Source: Campylobacterota bacterium
Lineage (GTDB): Bacteria; Campylobacterota; Campylobacteria; Campylobacterales; Nitratiruptoraceae
Length of the DNA: 64,000 nucleotides
Direction of reading: 5' to 3'
Assembly: GCA_013153715.1 (NCBI GenBank)
Contig: JAADDW010000013.1
Location: 28,765-92,764 of the forward strand
The notes under the pieces are model-generated. The model had not been told where the DNA came from and did not search any database. It saw only the letters and a list, made by a program, of their open reading frames with translations. Position numbers and translations under genes: made by a program. Position 1 is the first letter of the stretch. Every line of letters starts with the position of its first letter. Of the stretch, positions 1 to 10,919 are shown piece after piece.

Positions 1-382
1 CAAGGCTGGGATCCCTGTGGTCGATGCCCTGGAGAACTCTGTCAGCATGATAGACAACGCCTACATGAAGGAGAAGCTCTACATTGTGAAGCAGATGGTG
101 GAGAAGGGCTCCTCCATCAGGGACGCCTTCAAGGAGACGGGGCTCTTCGAGAGTATGATACTCCAGATGGTGGCGGCTGGAGAGGCCAGCGGACAGCTGG
201 ACGCCATGTTGGAGAAGGTGACCGAGTACTACGCCATGAAGTTCGACTACATCTTGGATAACCTCTCCACCTATATCGAACCCATCATGTTGGCGGTCAT
301 CGCCGCCCTGGTCCTCCTCCTGGCCCTCGGTATCTTCCTCCCCATGTGGGATCTGGCCAGCGCCGTCAAAGGGCATCGCTAG
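1..382 (+). CDS. GspF/PilC-family secretion/pilus platform protein, C-terminal fragment (5' end outside the window)
   Basis: The frame of ORF 17..382 is open to the window edge. The C-terminal GspF-type segment MVAAGEASGQLDAMLEKV is followed by a terminal TM helix (IMLAVIAALVLLLALGIFLPMW). Confidence 0.8.
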   Translation, partial: KAGIPVVDALENSVSMIDNAYMKEKLYIVKQMVEKGSSIRDAFKETGLFESMILQMVAAGEASGQLDAMLEKVTEYYAMKFDYILDNLSTYIEPIMLAVIAALVLLLALGIFLPMWDLASAVKGHR

Positions 383-2379
383 GAGATGAGGCCCGCCTCT
401 CTGAGGAAGCGGGAGGGGCGGAACTCCTCCTTTCTCACAGGATCGTACCGGGCGTAGCTGAGGTAGAGAATATCCCGGGCCCGGGTCACAGCCACATAGA
501 AGAGCCGCCTCTCCTCTTCGATACTCCCCCCCTCTCTCCGGGCCAGTTTTGTATTGGGGAAGCGCCCCTCCATGAGATCGATGATATAGACCTCATCAAA
601 CTCCAACCCTTTACTCCCGTGGACTGTCAAGAGGTGGACCCCCTCTCCCTGGGCCATCTCCGAACTCCCAAGGACCATGGCGTTGTAGAAGGAGTGGATC
701 CCCCCATAGTGGCTGGCCAGCTCCCTAATGAGCCCCTTCCGCCCCTCTATCCTCTTGAGGGCCTCCTCCCGGAGTCTAGGGTCGATGGAGCCATCCTTCA
801 ATTTGGCCCTCTTGGAGGCCAGCTTCTCCACAATGTGCCGATAGATGCCGCTCTCCAAGAGGATCTGAACATACTTTTCGGTACGGCGGATGGGACGGAG
901 CCTTCTGAAGAGGGAGGCCAACTCCTCCAGGAAGAGGGCCCCCTCTTGAGAGAGTTTGGGGTGGAGGAGGAGGGGGGAGGAGAGGAAAGAATCCCCCACA
1001 ACTCCGTGGAAATTCCCCTTACTCCCCATCTGGACAAAGTCATCGAAGAGGGCCAGCTGGACATTCCGCTCCCTCTTGACAAAAGGGTTCCTCTCCAGAG
1101 GATCTAGGAGTCCCTTGACCAGATCCCCCTCTCCACACAGGACCGCCCCCTCGTAGAGCTCCTTGCCGATATGGGCCCCTATCCCTTTGGCAAACTCCAT
1201 AATATGGATAAAGGCGATCATATCCTTGGGGTTGAGGGTGAGGGCGAGGAGGTCGAAGAAGGCCTTGATCTCGGCCAGATCGAAGAAGCTTATCCCTCCC
1301 CTCCGCTTACACCCGATCCCCCGTTCCCGAAGGGCCGTCTCTATTCCGTCGGCTGAGCTGTTGTTCCTGAAGATAATGGCTATCCGATCCTTCGGAGTCG
1401 GGGAGGAGGCCACCATTCGGGCAATCCCCTCATACTGGGCGTAGAGATCGGGGAAGGCCAGGAGTTTGGGGGGGACCCCCTCCTCCCGCCTCATCACCTC
1501 CAACCTCTTGGGGAAGATCCGCTCATTGTGGGAGATGACCCTGTCGGCAAGGTCGAGAATGGGGCGGGTGGAGCGGTAGTTCTTGGAGAGGTTGAGGACC
1601 CTCCCGTTCCGATACCGCTGGGTAAAGGAGGCGATAATGGCGATATTGGCCCCGTTGAAGGCGTAGATACTCTGATCGTAATCTCCGACACAGAAGAGGC
1701 TCTCTGTCGAGAGACTCTCCAGAAAACGGGCCTGGAGATTGTTGGTATCCTGATACTCATCGACCAGAACCTCCCGAAAAGGTCTGATACTCTCCCGATA
1801 GTCGATGGCCTTGAGGAGGAGATCGTTGAAGCTGAGGTAGCCGTACTCCCCCTTGAGCTCCTCGAACTCCTGGACAATATCATCATAGACCTCCCGAAAC
1901 TCCCTCTGTTCCCGGGACCGCTCCCCTACCCACTCTCCAAAGGAGATGGCCGGTTGGCTGTTCTGGTAGAGGTTGTAGAGGTCGAAGAGGGTCCCAGCCT
2001 GGTAGGGATCTCCCTCGAAACCGGCCCTCTTAAAATCCCTCCGCCCATAGACCGTCTTGAAGAGGAGCTTCAACTCCTTGGGCTCCTTCAGTGTGAGGGT
2101 CGGATCGATCTCCTTGAGCCACCGATAGCTGACGGCGTGGAAGGTCCCCGCCTCTATGGCCAACTTCCCGAACCGCCTCTCCAGGCGACCTACCATCTCC
2201 GCCGCCGCCTTGTTGGTAAAGGTGAGGAGGAGGATCTCCCGAGGGTCGATCCCCTCTGTCAGGAGCCTCTCGATCCGTGCCACAATTGTCGAGGTCTTCC
2301 CTGTACCGGCACTGGCAATAACCAGATTGGAACCGAAGGGTGCATCGACTGCGGCCTGCTGTTCCGGGTTGAGAGCCAT
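379..2379 (-). CDS. uvrD: UvrD/PcrA/Rep-family ATP-dependent DNA helicase (666 aa)
   Basis: Start taken at ATG 2379 (MALNPEQQAAV), preceded by AAGGAGG. Motifs seen: Walker A SAGTGKTS, motif II VDEYQDTN, late motif VAVTRARD. The 1225-aa track ORF 379..4056 is this gene plus an antisense run-on across valS. Confidence 0.93.
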   Translation of the reverse strand: MALNPEQQAAVDAPFGSNLVIASAGTGKTSTIVARIERLLTEGIDPREILLLTFTNKAAAEMVGRLERRFGKLAIEAGTFHAVSYRWLKEIDPTLTLKEPKELKLLFKTVYGRRDFKRAGFEGDPYQAGTLFDLYNLYQNSQPAISFGEWVGERSREQREFREVYDDIVQEFEELKGEYGYLSFNDLLLKAIDYRESIRPFREVLVDEYQDTNNLQARFLESLSTESLFCVGDYDQSIYAFNGANIAIIASFTQRYRNGRVLNLSKNYRSTRPILDLADRVISHNERIFPKRLEVMRREEGVPPKLLAFPDLYAQYEGIARMVASSPTPKDRIAIIFRNNSSADGIETALRERGIGCKRRGGISFFDLAEIKAFFDLLALTLNPKDMIAFIHIMEFAKGIGAHIGKELYEGAVLCGEGDLVKGLLDPLERNPFVKRERNVQLALFDDFVQMGSKGNFHGVVGDSFLSSPLLLHPKLSQEGALFLEELASLFRRLRPIRRTEKYVQILLESGIYRHIVEKLASKRAKLKDGSIDPRLREEALKRIEGRKGLIRELASHYGGIHSFYNAMVLGSSEMAQGEGVHLLTVHGSKGLEFDEVYIIDLMEGRFPNTKLARREGGSIEEERRLFYVAVTRARDILYLSYARYDPVRKEEFRPSRFLREAGLIS

Positions 2380-2426
2380 GGGACTCCCTCCTTTGAGAGA
2401 TTTGGGACCCGTTATTCTACCCTCTT

Positions 2427-2435
2427 TGCTATAAT
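2427..2435 (+). promoter_or_regulatory. Putative extended -10 promoter (TGCTATAAT) for valS
   Basis: TGCTATAAT lies 29 nt upstream of the valS ATG, with AGGAG between them. The same TGnTA(C/T)AAT element recurs upstream of several other operons in the window. Confidence 0.45.
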
Positions 2436-2463
2436 TACAGTAAATTTTCCTCAGGAGCACCCA

Positions 2464-5085
2464 ATGAATGAGAAGCACTACGACCCCACCAAGGTAGAGT
2501 CCTCCTATTACAAAATATGGGAGGAGCGGGGGTACTTTGAGATAGATGGAAATCGGGAGATCCAGAAGGAGGGACGCCGTTTTTCCATCATGATGCCCCC
2601 CCCCAATGTGACCGGCCGCCTCCACATCGGCCACGCCCTGACCTTCACCCTCCAGGATATTATTGTCCGTTACAAGAGGATGGACGGCTTCGAGACCCTC
2701 TGGCAACCCGGAACGGACCATGCCGGAATTGCGACCCAAAATGTTGTGGAACGCCAGCTCCTGGCCAAGGGGATCAGGAAGGAGGAGATTGGAAGGGAGG
2801 AGTTCCTCAAACATGTCTGGCGGTGGAAGGAGGAGAGCGGTAACGCCATTGTCACCCAACTCAGAACCCTTGGAGTCTCCCCAGCATGGAGTCGGGAGCG
2901 CTTCACAATGGACGAGGGGCTCAAGAACGCCGTCCGAAAGGCCTTTGTCCAGCTCTACAATGAGGGGCTCATTGTCAGGGGAAACTACCTCGTCAACTGG
3001 TGTACCCATGACGGGGCTCTCAGCGATATTGAGGTGGATTACAGGGAGGAGGAGGGTGCCCTCTACTATATCCGCTACCCCCTTGTCGACGGAGAGGAGA
3101 GTCTCGTTGTCGCAACGACCCGACCCGAAACCTACTTTGGGGATACGGCGGTCATGGTCCATCCCGAAGATCAGCGGTACAAGAGGTTCATCGGCAAGAA
3201 GGTACGGCTCCCCCTCATCGACAGGGAGATACCTGTCATCGCCGATAGCCATGTCGATATGGAGTTTGGAACGGGGGTGGTCAAGGTGACTCCCGCCCAC
3301 GACCCCAACGACTATGAGGTCGGGAAGCGCCACAATCTCCCCTCCATCACCATCTTTGATGAGAAGGGGATCCTCAACGACCAGGCCGGAGAGTTTGCAG
3401 GTCAGGAGAGGCTCCAGGCCAGGGAGAAAATTGTGGAGAGGCTCCAGGAAGAGGGGTTCATAGAGAAGATAGAGCCCCACACCCACCAGGTGGGCCACTG
3501 CTACCGGTGCGGCAATGTGATTGAGCCCTACATCTCCACCCAGTGGTTCGTCAAAAAGGAGATCGCCCAAGGGGCCATCGAGGCTGTCAAGAGGGGAGAG
3601 ATCCGCTTCTTCCCCCCCCAATGGCTCAACAACTACAACGCCTGGATGGAGGAGCTCAAGGATTGGTGTATTTCGAGACAACTCTGGTGGGGCCATAGAA
3701 TTCCGGTCTGGTACTGCCGCAGTTGTCACCATGAGTGGGCCAGCGAAGCCGAAGAGGAGCAACGGTGTCCCCAGTGTGGGAGCACCGACATCTACCAGGA
3801 TCCCGATGTCCTCGACACCTGGTTCAGCTCCGCCCTCTGGCCCTTCAGCACCCTCGGCTGGGGAAATGGGGAGTGGGGGAAAGGGGTGAAGTGGAATGAA
3901 GATGACCTGGAGAAGTTCTACCCCAACTCCCTCCTCATCACAGGTTTCGACATTCTCTTCTTCTGGGTCGCCCGAATGATGATGATGGGGGAGCACTTCC
4001 TCGGCAAGCTCCCCTTCTACCATGTCTATCTCCACGCCCTGGTGAGAGATGAGCACGGGGTCAAGATGAACAAATCCCTAGGGAATGTGATCGACCCCCT
4101 CGACACCATTCGGGAGTACAGCGCCGACGCCCTCAGGTTCACCCTGGCCGTTCTGGCAGTCCAGGGGAGGGATATTCGGCTGAGCAAGGAGAAGCTGGAG
4201 CTCTCCAGAAACTTCACCAATAAACTCTACAACGCCGCCCGCTTCCTCCTCATGGACCGAGACTCCTTCCCAGACCTGGGGGAGATCACCATCGAGACAG
4301 ACCTGGGGAGATATATGGCGAGCCGTCTGGCCCGGGCCACAGAGGAGGTCCGCTCCAATCTGGAGAGCTACCGGTTCAACGACGGGGCGACAACCCTCTA
4401 CCGCTTCCTCTGGGGAGAGTTCTGTGACTGGGGGATCGAGCTCTCCAAGGCGGAGCGGGAGGCCATTCCGGAATTGGGAGCCATCTTCAAGGAGGCTATG
4501 AAGCTCCTCCACCCCTTCATGCCCTTCATCACCGAACACCTCTACCAGATGTTGAGTGGGACGACCCTGGAGGAGAACCGCTCCATCATGGTCATGGAGT
4601 ACCCCCAAGGGGGAAGGGTCGATAGGGAGATTGAGGAGATCTTCCAACAGATCATCGACGCCATCGTCTCCATACGGCGGGCCAAGGGGCTCATCGATAT
4701 GGCCAACAGGGAGATACCGAAGGCCCTGGTCAGAGCCGATCTTCCCGACTACGCCCGGGCCTATATCCAGCGGCTGGCCAAGGTGAAGGAGGTAGAGTTC
4801 TCCCAGAGACGGATAGAGAGGGGGATCACCGACATCGGAAAGTATCTGACCATCTCCATACCTCTCGACGGAATAGATCTCCAGCCCATTATCCAGAGGC
4901 TCTCCAGGGAGAGGGCCAAGGGGCTCAAGGAGAAGGAGAAGTTAGAGAAGCTCCTCTCCAATGAGAAATTTATCGCCAATGCCCCCGAGGAGGTTGTCCA
5001 GCAGAACAGGGAGGCCCTCCAAGAGGTGGAGGAGCGGCTGGCCAAGATCGATGAGGAGCTCCGCTACCTCCAGGAGCTCCACTGA
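2464..5085 (+). CDS. valS: Valine--tRNA ligase (873 aa)
   Basis: Sequence starts MNEKHYDPTKVE. Class I HIGH region (NVTGRLHIGHAL), KMSKS-type loop (VKMNKSLGN) and a C-terminal coiled coil are present. ATG 2464 has an AGGAG upstream. The upstream part of track ORF 1528..5085 is antisense to uvrD. Confidence 0.96.
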   Translation: MNEKHYDPTKVESSYYKIWEERGYFEIDGNREIQKEGRRFSIMMPPPNVTGRLHIGHALTFTLQDIIVRYKRMDGFETLWQPGTDHAGIATQNVVERQLLAKGIRKEEIGREEFLKHVWRWKEESGNAIVTQLRTLGVSPAWSRERFTMDEGLKNAVRKAFVQLYNEGLIVRGNYLVNWCTHDGALSDIEVDYREEEGALYYIRYPLVDGEESLVVATTRPETYFGDTAVMVHPEDQRYKRFIGKKVRLPLIDREIPVIADSHVDMEFGTGVVKVTPAHDPNDYEVGKRHNLPSITIFDEKGILNDQAGEFAGQERLQAREKIVERLQEEGFIEKIEPHTHQVGHCYRCGNVIEPYISTQWFVKKEIAQGAIEAVKRGEIRFFPPQWLNNYNAWMEELKDWCISRQLWWGHRIPVWYCRSCHHEWASEAEEEQRCPQCGSTDIYQDPDVLDTWFSSALWPFSTLGWGNGEWGKGVKWNEDDLEKFYPNSLLITGFDILFFWVARMMMMGEHFLGKLPFYHVYLHALVRDEHGVKMNKSLGNVIDPLDTIREYSADALRFTLAVLAVQGRDIRLSKEKLELSRNFTNKLYNAARFLLMDRDSFPDLGEITIETDLGRYMASRLARATEEVRSNLESYRFNDGATTLYRFLWGEFCDWGIELSKAEREAIPELGAIFKEAMKLLHPFMPFITEHLYQMLSGTTLEENRSIMVMEYPQGGRVDREIEEIFQQIIDAIVSIRRAKGLIDMANREIPKALVRADLPDYARAYIQRLAKVKEVEFSQRRIERGITDIGKYLTISIPLDGIDLQPIIQRLSRERAKGLKEKEKLEKLLSNEKFIANAPEEVVQQNREALQEVEERLAKIDEELRYLQELH

Positions 5086-5777
5086 TGGTCAGGGAGAGAA
5101 TCTATGAGATGCTCCAGCTCCAGAACGACCTTAACAACAGGACCAACGGCCTCCAGTGGAGGGAGGGGATCACCCAGAAGGGGAAGGTGATCAATTGGAA
5201 GAGGGCCATCTACATGGAGGGGATGGAGCTCATCGACTCCTTTCCATGGAAACATTGGAAGAGTATAGACTCAGCTCCAGACTATGAGAATATGGAGATA
5301 GAGCTCGTAGATATTTGGCACTTCCTCATGAGCTACCTCCTCCAACACAACCCCCTTGGAGAGGCGGCCCAGATCATAGAGGAGGCCCTCGGGAGCAGGA
5401 GCGATATTAGGATCCCCCGCCAGTGGGGGGCCCAGGAGAATAGGGCCCTGGACAGCTATCTCGATCCCTTCGAGGAGTTGATAGCCCTCGCCCTCATCAA
5501 AGGGGATAGCCCGGAGCTCCAGAGGCTCCTGACAGAGCAGTTCTTCAAGGCCTGTGACGCTGTGGGGCTCCCCTTCGACACCCTCTACCGCCTCTACATC
5601 GGGAAGAACGCCCTCAACCAGTTTCGCCAGGACCACGGCTACAGGGAGGGGAGTTACAGGAAGATCTGGGGGGAGAGGGAGGATAATGAGGTCCTCCAGG
5701 AGATTCTCCAGGAGAACCCTACAATCAGCTACCCCCTCCTCATGGAGGAGCTGGCCAAACGGTACCCTACTCTTTGA
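5085..5777 (+). CDS. dut: Dimeric (all-alpha) dUTPase-family protein
   Basis: 230 aa, resembling the dimeric dUTPase family known from Campylobacter jejuni (recognised from memory). The start overlaps the valS stop (TGATG). Confidence 0.7.
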   Translation: MVRERIYEMLQLQNDLNNRTNGLQWREGITQKGKVINWKRAIYMEGMELIDSFPWKHWKSIDSAPDYENMEIELVDIWHFLMSYLLQHNPLGEAAQIIEEALGSRSDIRIPRQWGAQENRALDSYLDPFEELIALALIKGDSPELQRLLTEQFFKACDAVGLPFDTLYRLYIGKNALNQFRQDHGYREGSYRKIWGEREDNEVLQEILQENPTISYPLLMEELAKRYPTL

Positions 5778-6693
5778 AGGCCATGGCCTCGGCCCGCTGG
5801 AGGAGCTCCCGAGCCCCCTGCTCTATCATGGACTCCGCCAGCTCCCGACCGAGCCCCTGGAAATTTTCGACCCTCCCGAAGATCTTATCCTTCAGGAGCT
5901 CCCTCCCGTTGGGGAGCCCTATAACCGCTTTCACCACAATATCCCCCCCCTCCAAGAGGGTGGCCCGGACACCGATGGGTACCTGACACCCCCCTCCCAG
6001 GGCATCGACAAACTCCCGCTCTATCCCTGTCTCAATGGCACTCTTCCTGTCATTGAGGGGGGAGATCACCTCCACAATCTCCGGACGGCACTCGATTCCG
6101 AGGGCCCCCTGTCCCATGGCGGGGATCAACAGATTTTCATCGATCTTTTCCGCATACTTGACGCTCCCCTCCATTCCCAGCCGCTTCACCCCCGCATAGG
6201 CCAAGATAATGGCATCGAACTCCCCCTCCTTCAACTTTCGGATGCGGGTATCCACATTGCCCCGGAGATTTCTGATCTGGAGATCGGGGCGGTAGTGGAG
6301 GAGTTGCATACGGCGTCGGAGACTTGTGGTCCCGACAACTCCGTTTGGGGGGAGATCCTCCAGGGAGCCGTAGTTCTCACTGAGGAGGAGATCATTGGTC
6401 ACCTCCCTCTCCGTCACAGCCCCCAGGACCAATCCCTCGGGAAGCTGGGTAGGGAGATCCTTGAGGCTGTGGACAGCCAGATCGGCCTCTCCCCGGAGCA
6501 TGGCCTCCTCCAACTCCTTGGTGAAGAGCCCCTTCCCTCCAATGAGGGCCAGGGGGGTATCGAGAATCTTATCCCCCTTTGTCTTGAATATTTTGAGCTC
6601 CACCGTGTGGCCCAAAGCCTCCAGCTTCCCCTTGATGAAGTGGGACTGCCAGAGGGCCAATTTGCTCCCCCGGGTCGCTATGACCAACCTCAT
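5767..6693 (-). CDS. hemC: Porphobilinogen deaminase (hydroxymethylbilane synthase)
   Basis: N-terminus MRLVIATRGSKLALWQS, 308 aa, with the cofactor-Cys region GGCQVPIG. ATGA overlap with the upstream dsb-like gene. Confidence 0.95.
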   Translation of the reverse strand: MRLVIATRGSKLALWQSHFIKGKLEALGHTVELKIFKTKGDKILDTPLALIGGKGLFTKELEEAMLRGEADLAVHSLKDLPTQLPEGLVLGAVTEREVTNDLLLSENYGSLEDLPPNGVVGTTSLRRRMQLLHYRPDLQIRNLRGNVDTRIRKLKEGEFDAIILAYAGVKRLGMEGSVKYAEKIDENLLIPAMGQGALGIECRPEIVEVISPLNDRKSAIETGIEREFVDALGGGCQVPIGVRATLLEGGDIVVKAVIGLPNGRELLKDKIFGRVENFQGLGRELAESMIEQGARELLQRAEAMAFKE

Positions 6694-7544
6694 CGCTCTC
6701 CACTTTCCTTGGGGAGATACTTCTTATACTTCTCTCTCCGCATATCATACTTCCCATCGAAGAAGAGGGTTGGGGTCCCCTTGATCATGAGGGATCTGGC
6801 CTTGGCCATATCTTCCCGGAGCTCCCTGACAATCTCCGGCCTGTTGATCTCCTCTTTGGTCAGATGGAGCCCCAACTTCTTATTGAGCTCGTCCAGAACC
6901 TTCTGCTCATCTTTCTCCTCATAGTTGAAGTCGGTCTGGTAGATCTTCTCGATGAGATCCTTCTTCCCCTGCTCCTTCAGATAGATAATCGCCTTGGCTA
7001 GAGGGACAGAGGCAGGGTGGAGGGAGGCGATGGGGAGGTGGTAGTAGTAGAGGGCAAAGAGATCGGGGTGCTCCTTGGCGGCTTTAAAGAGTTTGGGGAC
7101 CACCTCCCTACAGAAGGGACAGAGGGGATCGCTGAAGACAACCAGCTTATGTTTGGCATCTCTATTTCCGAAGATATGGTGTCTCTCATCGTAATAGGAG
7201 CTGTCGAGACTCCTGATGATCCGATCCTTCATACTCCTATTGGTCTTCACATCGAGGAGATCGGGGGCCACATAGCGCCCCTTGGAGAAGAGAATATCGG
7301 TATTGGTCACCTTCTTCTCCCTCCCCAACTCCTTGACCTTCAGGGTGAACTGGACAATGAAAGCCTCCCACCCCTCCAGCCACGGAAGGGACTGCTTCTC
7401 AAGGATTTTCACATCGAGGACCTTGAGATCGGGGTTATTACTGAGCCCCTTCTCCACAAATTTGATAATCTCCTTCTCTGTGGCCGCCGAAAGGACCAAC
7501 CCAGAGGCCAGACTAACGCTCAATAATCTCAACATCAATGACAT
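6690..7544 (-). CDS. Periplasmic thiol:disulfide oxidoreductase (DsbA/DsbC/DsbG-like)
   Basis: Signal peptide MSLMLRLLSVSLASGLVLSAA and a thioredoxin-fold CPFC active site (FSDPLCPFCREV). Confidence 0.8.
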   Translation of the reverse strand: MSLMLRLLSVSLASGLVLSAATEKEIIKFVEKGLSNNPDLKVLDVKILEKQSLPWLEGWEAFIVQFTLKVKELGREKKVTNTDILFSKGRYVAPDLLDVKTNRSMKDRIIRSLDSSYYDERHHIFGNRDAKHKLVVFSDPLCPFCREVVPKLFKAAKEHPDLFALYYYHLPIASLHPASVPLAKAIIYLKEQGKKDLIEKIYQTDFNYEEKDEQKVLDELNKKLGLHLTKEEINRPEIVRELREDMAKARSLMIKGTPTLFFDGKYDMRREKYKKYLPKESGER

Positions 7545-7911
7545 CGTTCTCCTCCATACTCTTCTTTCTCCTCCTGGAGCGGAGTCCCAAGACCCTCTTG
7601 GCCAGAAAACGGCTCAGGACCCCAAATTGGAGGAGTATTCCTAGAAAATCGGTAAAGAAACCGGGGAGAATGAGGAGGAGAGCCCCCACCAGGGAGTAGA
7701 GGTTCATGGCCTCAAACTCCTCCAGAGAGATCTCCCCACTCCTCAGAGCCCCCATTGTGGCGGTCAGCTGGATATGCATATTGGAGATAATCCAGAAACC
7801 GTAGGCCGCCGTAGCCACAATCTCCACAAATGTCCAGAAGGGCCCTATGAGAGAGGCGATCTGGACAGAGATATAGATCTCAACGAAGAGATAGAGCAGT
7901 AGGTAGAGCAT
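7513..7911 (-). CDS. fxsA: FxsA-family inner membrane protein
   Basis: 132 aa with an FxsA-like N-terminus (MLYLLLYLFVEIYISVQIASLIG), several TM helices and a basic tail (RSRRRKK). Confidence 0.8.
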   Translation of the reverse strand: MLYLLLYLFVEIYISVQIASLIGPFWTFVEIVATAAYGFWIISNMHIQLTATMGALRSGEISLEEFEAMNLYSLVGALLLILPGFFTDFLGILLQFGVLSRFLAKRVLGLRSRRRKKSMEENDVIDVEIIER

Positions 7912-7915
7912 CGTT

Positions 7916-9622
7916 TCACTTTTTGGCCAATTCTACAATATAATCCTTAACATGCCCCATCTCTACCTCCTCCCGATGGAGATCCCTCCGTCGGACCACC
8001 TCGACCTTCCCCTCCTTGAGCCCCCTCCCGACAATGATGGCGTAGGGAAAACCGATGAGCTCAAAATCCCTGATCTTGACGCCGAAACGGTCGGGGCGGT
8101 CATCGAGAATCACCTCAACCTGGGCCTGGAGGAGCTCCCTGTAGAGCTCCTCTGCAAAGAGCCTCTGGCCCTCCTCTTTCATATTGGAGACAACAATATC
8201 GACGGTGTAGGGGGCAATCTCCTGGGGCCAGATCATCCCTCTCTCATCGTGGTTCTGTTCGATGGCCGCCGCTATGAGCCGGCTCACACCGATACCGTAG
8301 GTCCCCATCACAAAGGGGCGGGCCTTCCCATTCTCATCGAGGAAGACGGCCCCCATGGCTTCGCTATATCGGGTCCCCAGCTGGAAGATGTGGCCCACCT
8401 CGATCCCCTTGGTGATCTTCAGAGGGGCCCCACAGTGGGGACAGCCGTCTCCCTCCCGAACCTCCGCAATATCACAGAAGAGGCTCTCATCGAAGCGGCT
8501 CAGATCGGCACCGATGAGGTGGTAGTCCTCCCTATTCCCTCCGCAGATGACCCCCCGAGCCCCCTGGAGGTCCCTGTCCAGAACGATACGGCAGTTCTGG
8601 TCGAAGGGGGCGATGAAACCGGGGACAATACCTGCCTCCCTCAACTCTCCATCACCCACATCTCGGAGCTCATTGGCACCTACAGCGTTGAGGGCCTTCA
8701 CCTCCTGGAGCTCATCGCTCCCCCGGAGGAAGAAGAGGACAATCTCCTCCCTGTCGTCGAAGACCGCCTTTTTGGCCACCGCCTTGACAAAGTAGTAGGG
8801 GTGGACCTTGAAGAATTTGGAGAGCTCCTCAATGGAGGTGAGGTTGGGGGTGTAGAAGGGTTCAAAGTTACTGAATTCCGGAGCCTCTTGGGGGGGAGTC
8901 GGCGCCCTCCTGGTGGCGGCCTCCACATTGGCGGCATAGGAACAGCCGGTACAGAGGGCTATATCGTCCTCTCCGCTCTCGGCCAGAACCATAAACTCCT
9001 TACTGGCACTCCCTCCAATGGCCCCCACATCGGCCTCGACAACCCGGAACTCCAGACCGATCCGCTCCACTATCCTCCGGTAGGTCTCCTCCATGAGCCG
9101 GTACTCCCTCTCCATATCCTCATAACTGCTGTGGAAGGAGTAGCCATCTTTCATAACAAATTCTCGGGCCCTCAGAAGTCCAAATCGGGGCCTCGCCTCA
9201 TCTCGGAATTTGAGACCTATCTGGTAGAGGTTGATGGGGAGCTGTTTGTAACTGGTTATCCTCCCCCGGACCAGATTGACCATCATCTCCTCATGGGTCG
9301 GGCCCAGGAGAAAGCAGTTCTCCTTCCGATCTGTGAAGCGGAGGAGCTCCTTGCCATACTTCCCTAACCGTCCACTCTCCTCCCAGAGATCGCAGGGGGT
9401 GACGAAGCCCAGCTGAACCTCAATGGCCCCAGCCCGATCCAGCTCCTCCTTCACAATGGAGCGGATCTTCTCCAGGACAATCTTCCCCAGGGGGAGGAAG
9501 TTGTAGATCCCACTGGCCACCTGCTGAATGAACCCCCCCTGAACCAGATATTTATGGCTTGGGAGAACAGCATCCTTGGGAGGCTCCTTCAGTGTATGGA
9601 TAAATGTCCCGCTAAACCTCAC
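7916..9622 (-). CDS. proS: Proline--tRNA ligase (568 aa from GTG 9622)
   Basis: Class II ProRS sequence ([18 protein letters not shown]). I prefer GTG 9622 because TAAGGAG sits 5 nt upstream. The track start 9628 lies inside that Shine-Dalgarno sequence. Confidence 0.93.
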   Translation of the reverse strand: MRFSGTFIHTLKEPPKDAVLPSHKYLVQGGFIQQVASGIYNFLPLGKIVLEKIRSIVKEELDRAGAIEVQLGFVTPCDLWEESGRLGKYGKELLRFTDRKENCFLLGPTHEEMMVNLVRGRITSYKQLPINLYQIGLKFRDEARPRFGLLRAREFVMKDGYSFHSSYEDMEREYRLMEETYRRIVERIGLEFRVVEADVGAIGGSASKEFMVLAESGEDDIALCTGCSYAANVEAATRRAPTPPQEAPEFSNFEPFYTPNLTSIEELSKFFKVHPYYFVKAVAKKAVFDDREEIVLFFLRGSDELQEVKALNAVGANELRDVGDGELREAGIVPGFIAPFDQNCRIVLDRDLQGARGVICGGNREDYHLIGADLSRFDESLFCDIAEVREGDGCPHCGAPLKITKGIEVGHIFQLGTRYSEAMGAVFLDENGKARPFVMGTYGIGVSRLIAAAIEQNHDERGMIWPQEIAPYTVDIVVSNMKEEGQRLFAEELYRELLQAQVEVILDDRPDRFGVKIRDFELIGFPYAIIVGRGLKEGKVEVVRRRDLHREEVEMGHVKDYIVELAKK

Positions 9623-10919
9623 GCTCACTCCTTAGGTTCATATAGTATTCACATTTGTACCGGTTCAACCCCACATCTTCCTCGATGTCAAAGAAGAATT
9701 TGATCGCTTCGGCAATGGTATCCGCCTTCGGTTCATTGGCTACCCCCTTGAGCTTCTTGGTCGGTCTGTGGAGGAAGCGGTTGAAGGCGTTGTGGAGGAG
9801 CTTCTCAATATTTTTCCGATCCTCCGGCCGGATGAACCCCTTCTTCACAGCCCTCTCCAGTTCGGCCAGGGCCGCCTCTCTGGCTTGGGAGCGGATCTCC
9901 TTGATAATCGGCTCTATCTCCAGGGTCTGGAGCCAGTGGAAGAACTCATTGACAAAGCGACCCACAATCTTGTACCCCTCTTTGGCCTGCTCTTCCCGAA
10001 GGGTCATATTCTTCTCGACAATGGCCTTCAGATCATCGACGGCCACAACCTCGATCCCCCTCTCCTCCACCTCTATATCCCGGGGGACAGCCATATCGAA
10101 CCAGACCCGCCGGAAGGCCCGGGGCTCCACCAGGCTATCTGTGATAATGGGTTCGGGAGAGGAGGTGGCGCTGAAGAGGAGGGGGATTCTGTTGATCAGT
10201 TGGGGGAGATCGGCGATGGTGGCTACTGCGATGGAGGGGTCGATCTCCCGAGCAACCCTCTCCACCTTCTCCCGATCCCTCCCGACCAGGGTGACCCGAG
10301 CCCCCCGTCCCATGAGATGTTTGGCGGCCAGGGTCCCCATCTCCCCGGCTCCGACGACAACAGCCTCCCTCCCCTCCAGGGAGCCCACCATATCTTCGGC
10401 CATGGCGACGGCGGCGCTGGCTATGGAGACGGGATTTTTCGATATATCTGTCAGATTACGGACCTGGGCGGAACATTTAAAGGCGTAGTGCATGACCCGC
10501 CCCAGCTTCTGGCCACAGAACCCCTCCTCGAAGGCCTCCTTGTAGGCATCCTTCAGCTGGCCGGAGATCTGGGTCTCCCCCACCACCAGGCTATCCAGGC
10601 CGCTGGCCACACTGAAGATATGGTGGATAGCCCCATTATCCTCGTAGAGGTCGGCCCTCCCCTCCAGCTCCTCCAGATGGAGTCCGCTGTAGTCGGCTAT
10701 CTCCCGGAGAATGGTCTCCGTGGCGTCGTAGGGGTCCCGGACACTGGTTATGAATTCGACCCGGTTACAGGTAGAGAGGAGGATCACCTCATTGATCTGG
10801 GGATCGGTCAGGAGTCTCCGGGCCACCCTTCCCCGTCTCTCCTTGCTGTCCAGAGCCAGTTGCTCCCGGGTCACCAGGTCTGTATTCTTATGGGAGAAGC
10901 TCACAACGAGATAGTGCAT
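9612..10919 (-). CDS. hemA: Glutamyl-tRNA reductase
   Basis: Starts [19 protein letters not shown], with catalytic-Cys region LSTCNRVE and NADPH-binding VVGAGEMG. 435 aa. Confidence 0.95.
   Translation of the reverse strand: MHYLVVSFSHKNTDLVTREQLALDSKERRGRVARRLLTDPQINEVILLSTCNRVEFITSVRDPYDATETILREIADYSGLHLEELEGRADLYEDNGAIHHIFSVASGLDSLVVGETQISGQLKDAYKEAFEEGFCGQKLGRVMHYAFKCSAQVRNLTDISKNPVSIASAAVAMAEDMVGSLEGREAVVVGAGEMGTLAAKHLMGRGARVTLVGRDREKVERVAREIDPSIAVATIADLPQLINRIPLLFSATSSPEPIITDSLVEPRAFRRVWFDMAVPRDIEVEERGIEVVAVDDLKAIVEKNMTLREEQAKEGYKIVGRFVNEFFHWLQTLEIEPIIKEIRSQAREAALAELERAVKKGFIRPEDRKNIEKLLHNAFNRFLHRPTKKLKGVANEPKADTIAEAIKFFFDIEEDVGLNRYKCEYYMNLRSEREV

Noticed and set aside
2380-4056. N-terminal 559 aa of track ORF 379..4056, and the upstream 312 aa of track ORF 1528..5085
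   Set aside because: Both are run-ons of real genes (uvrD and valS) into the antisense of the neighbouring gene. Internal ATGs with strong RBS give proteins of canonical length and N-termini.
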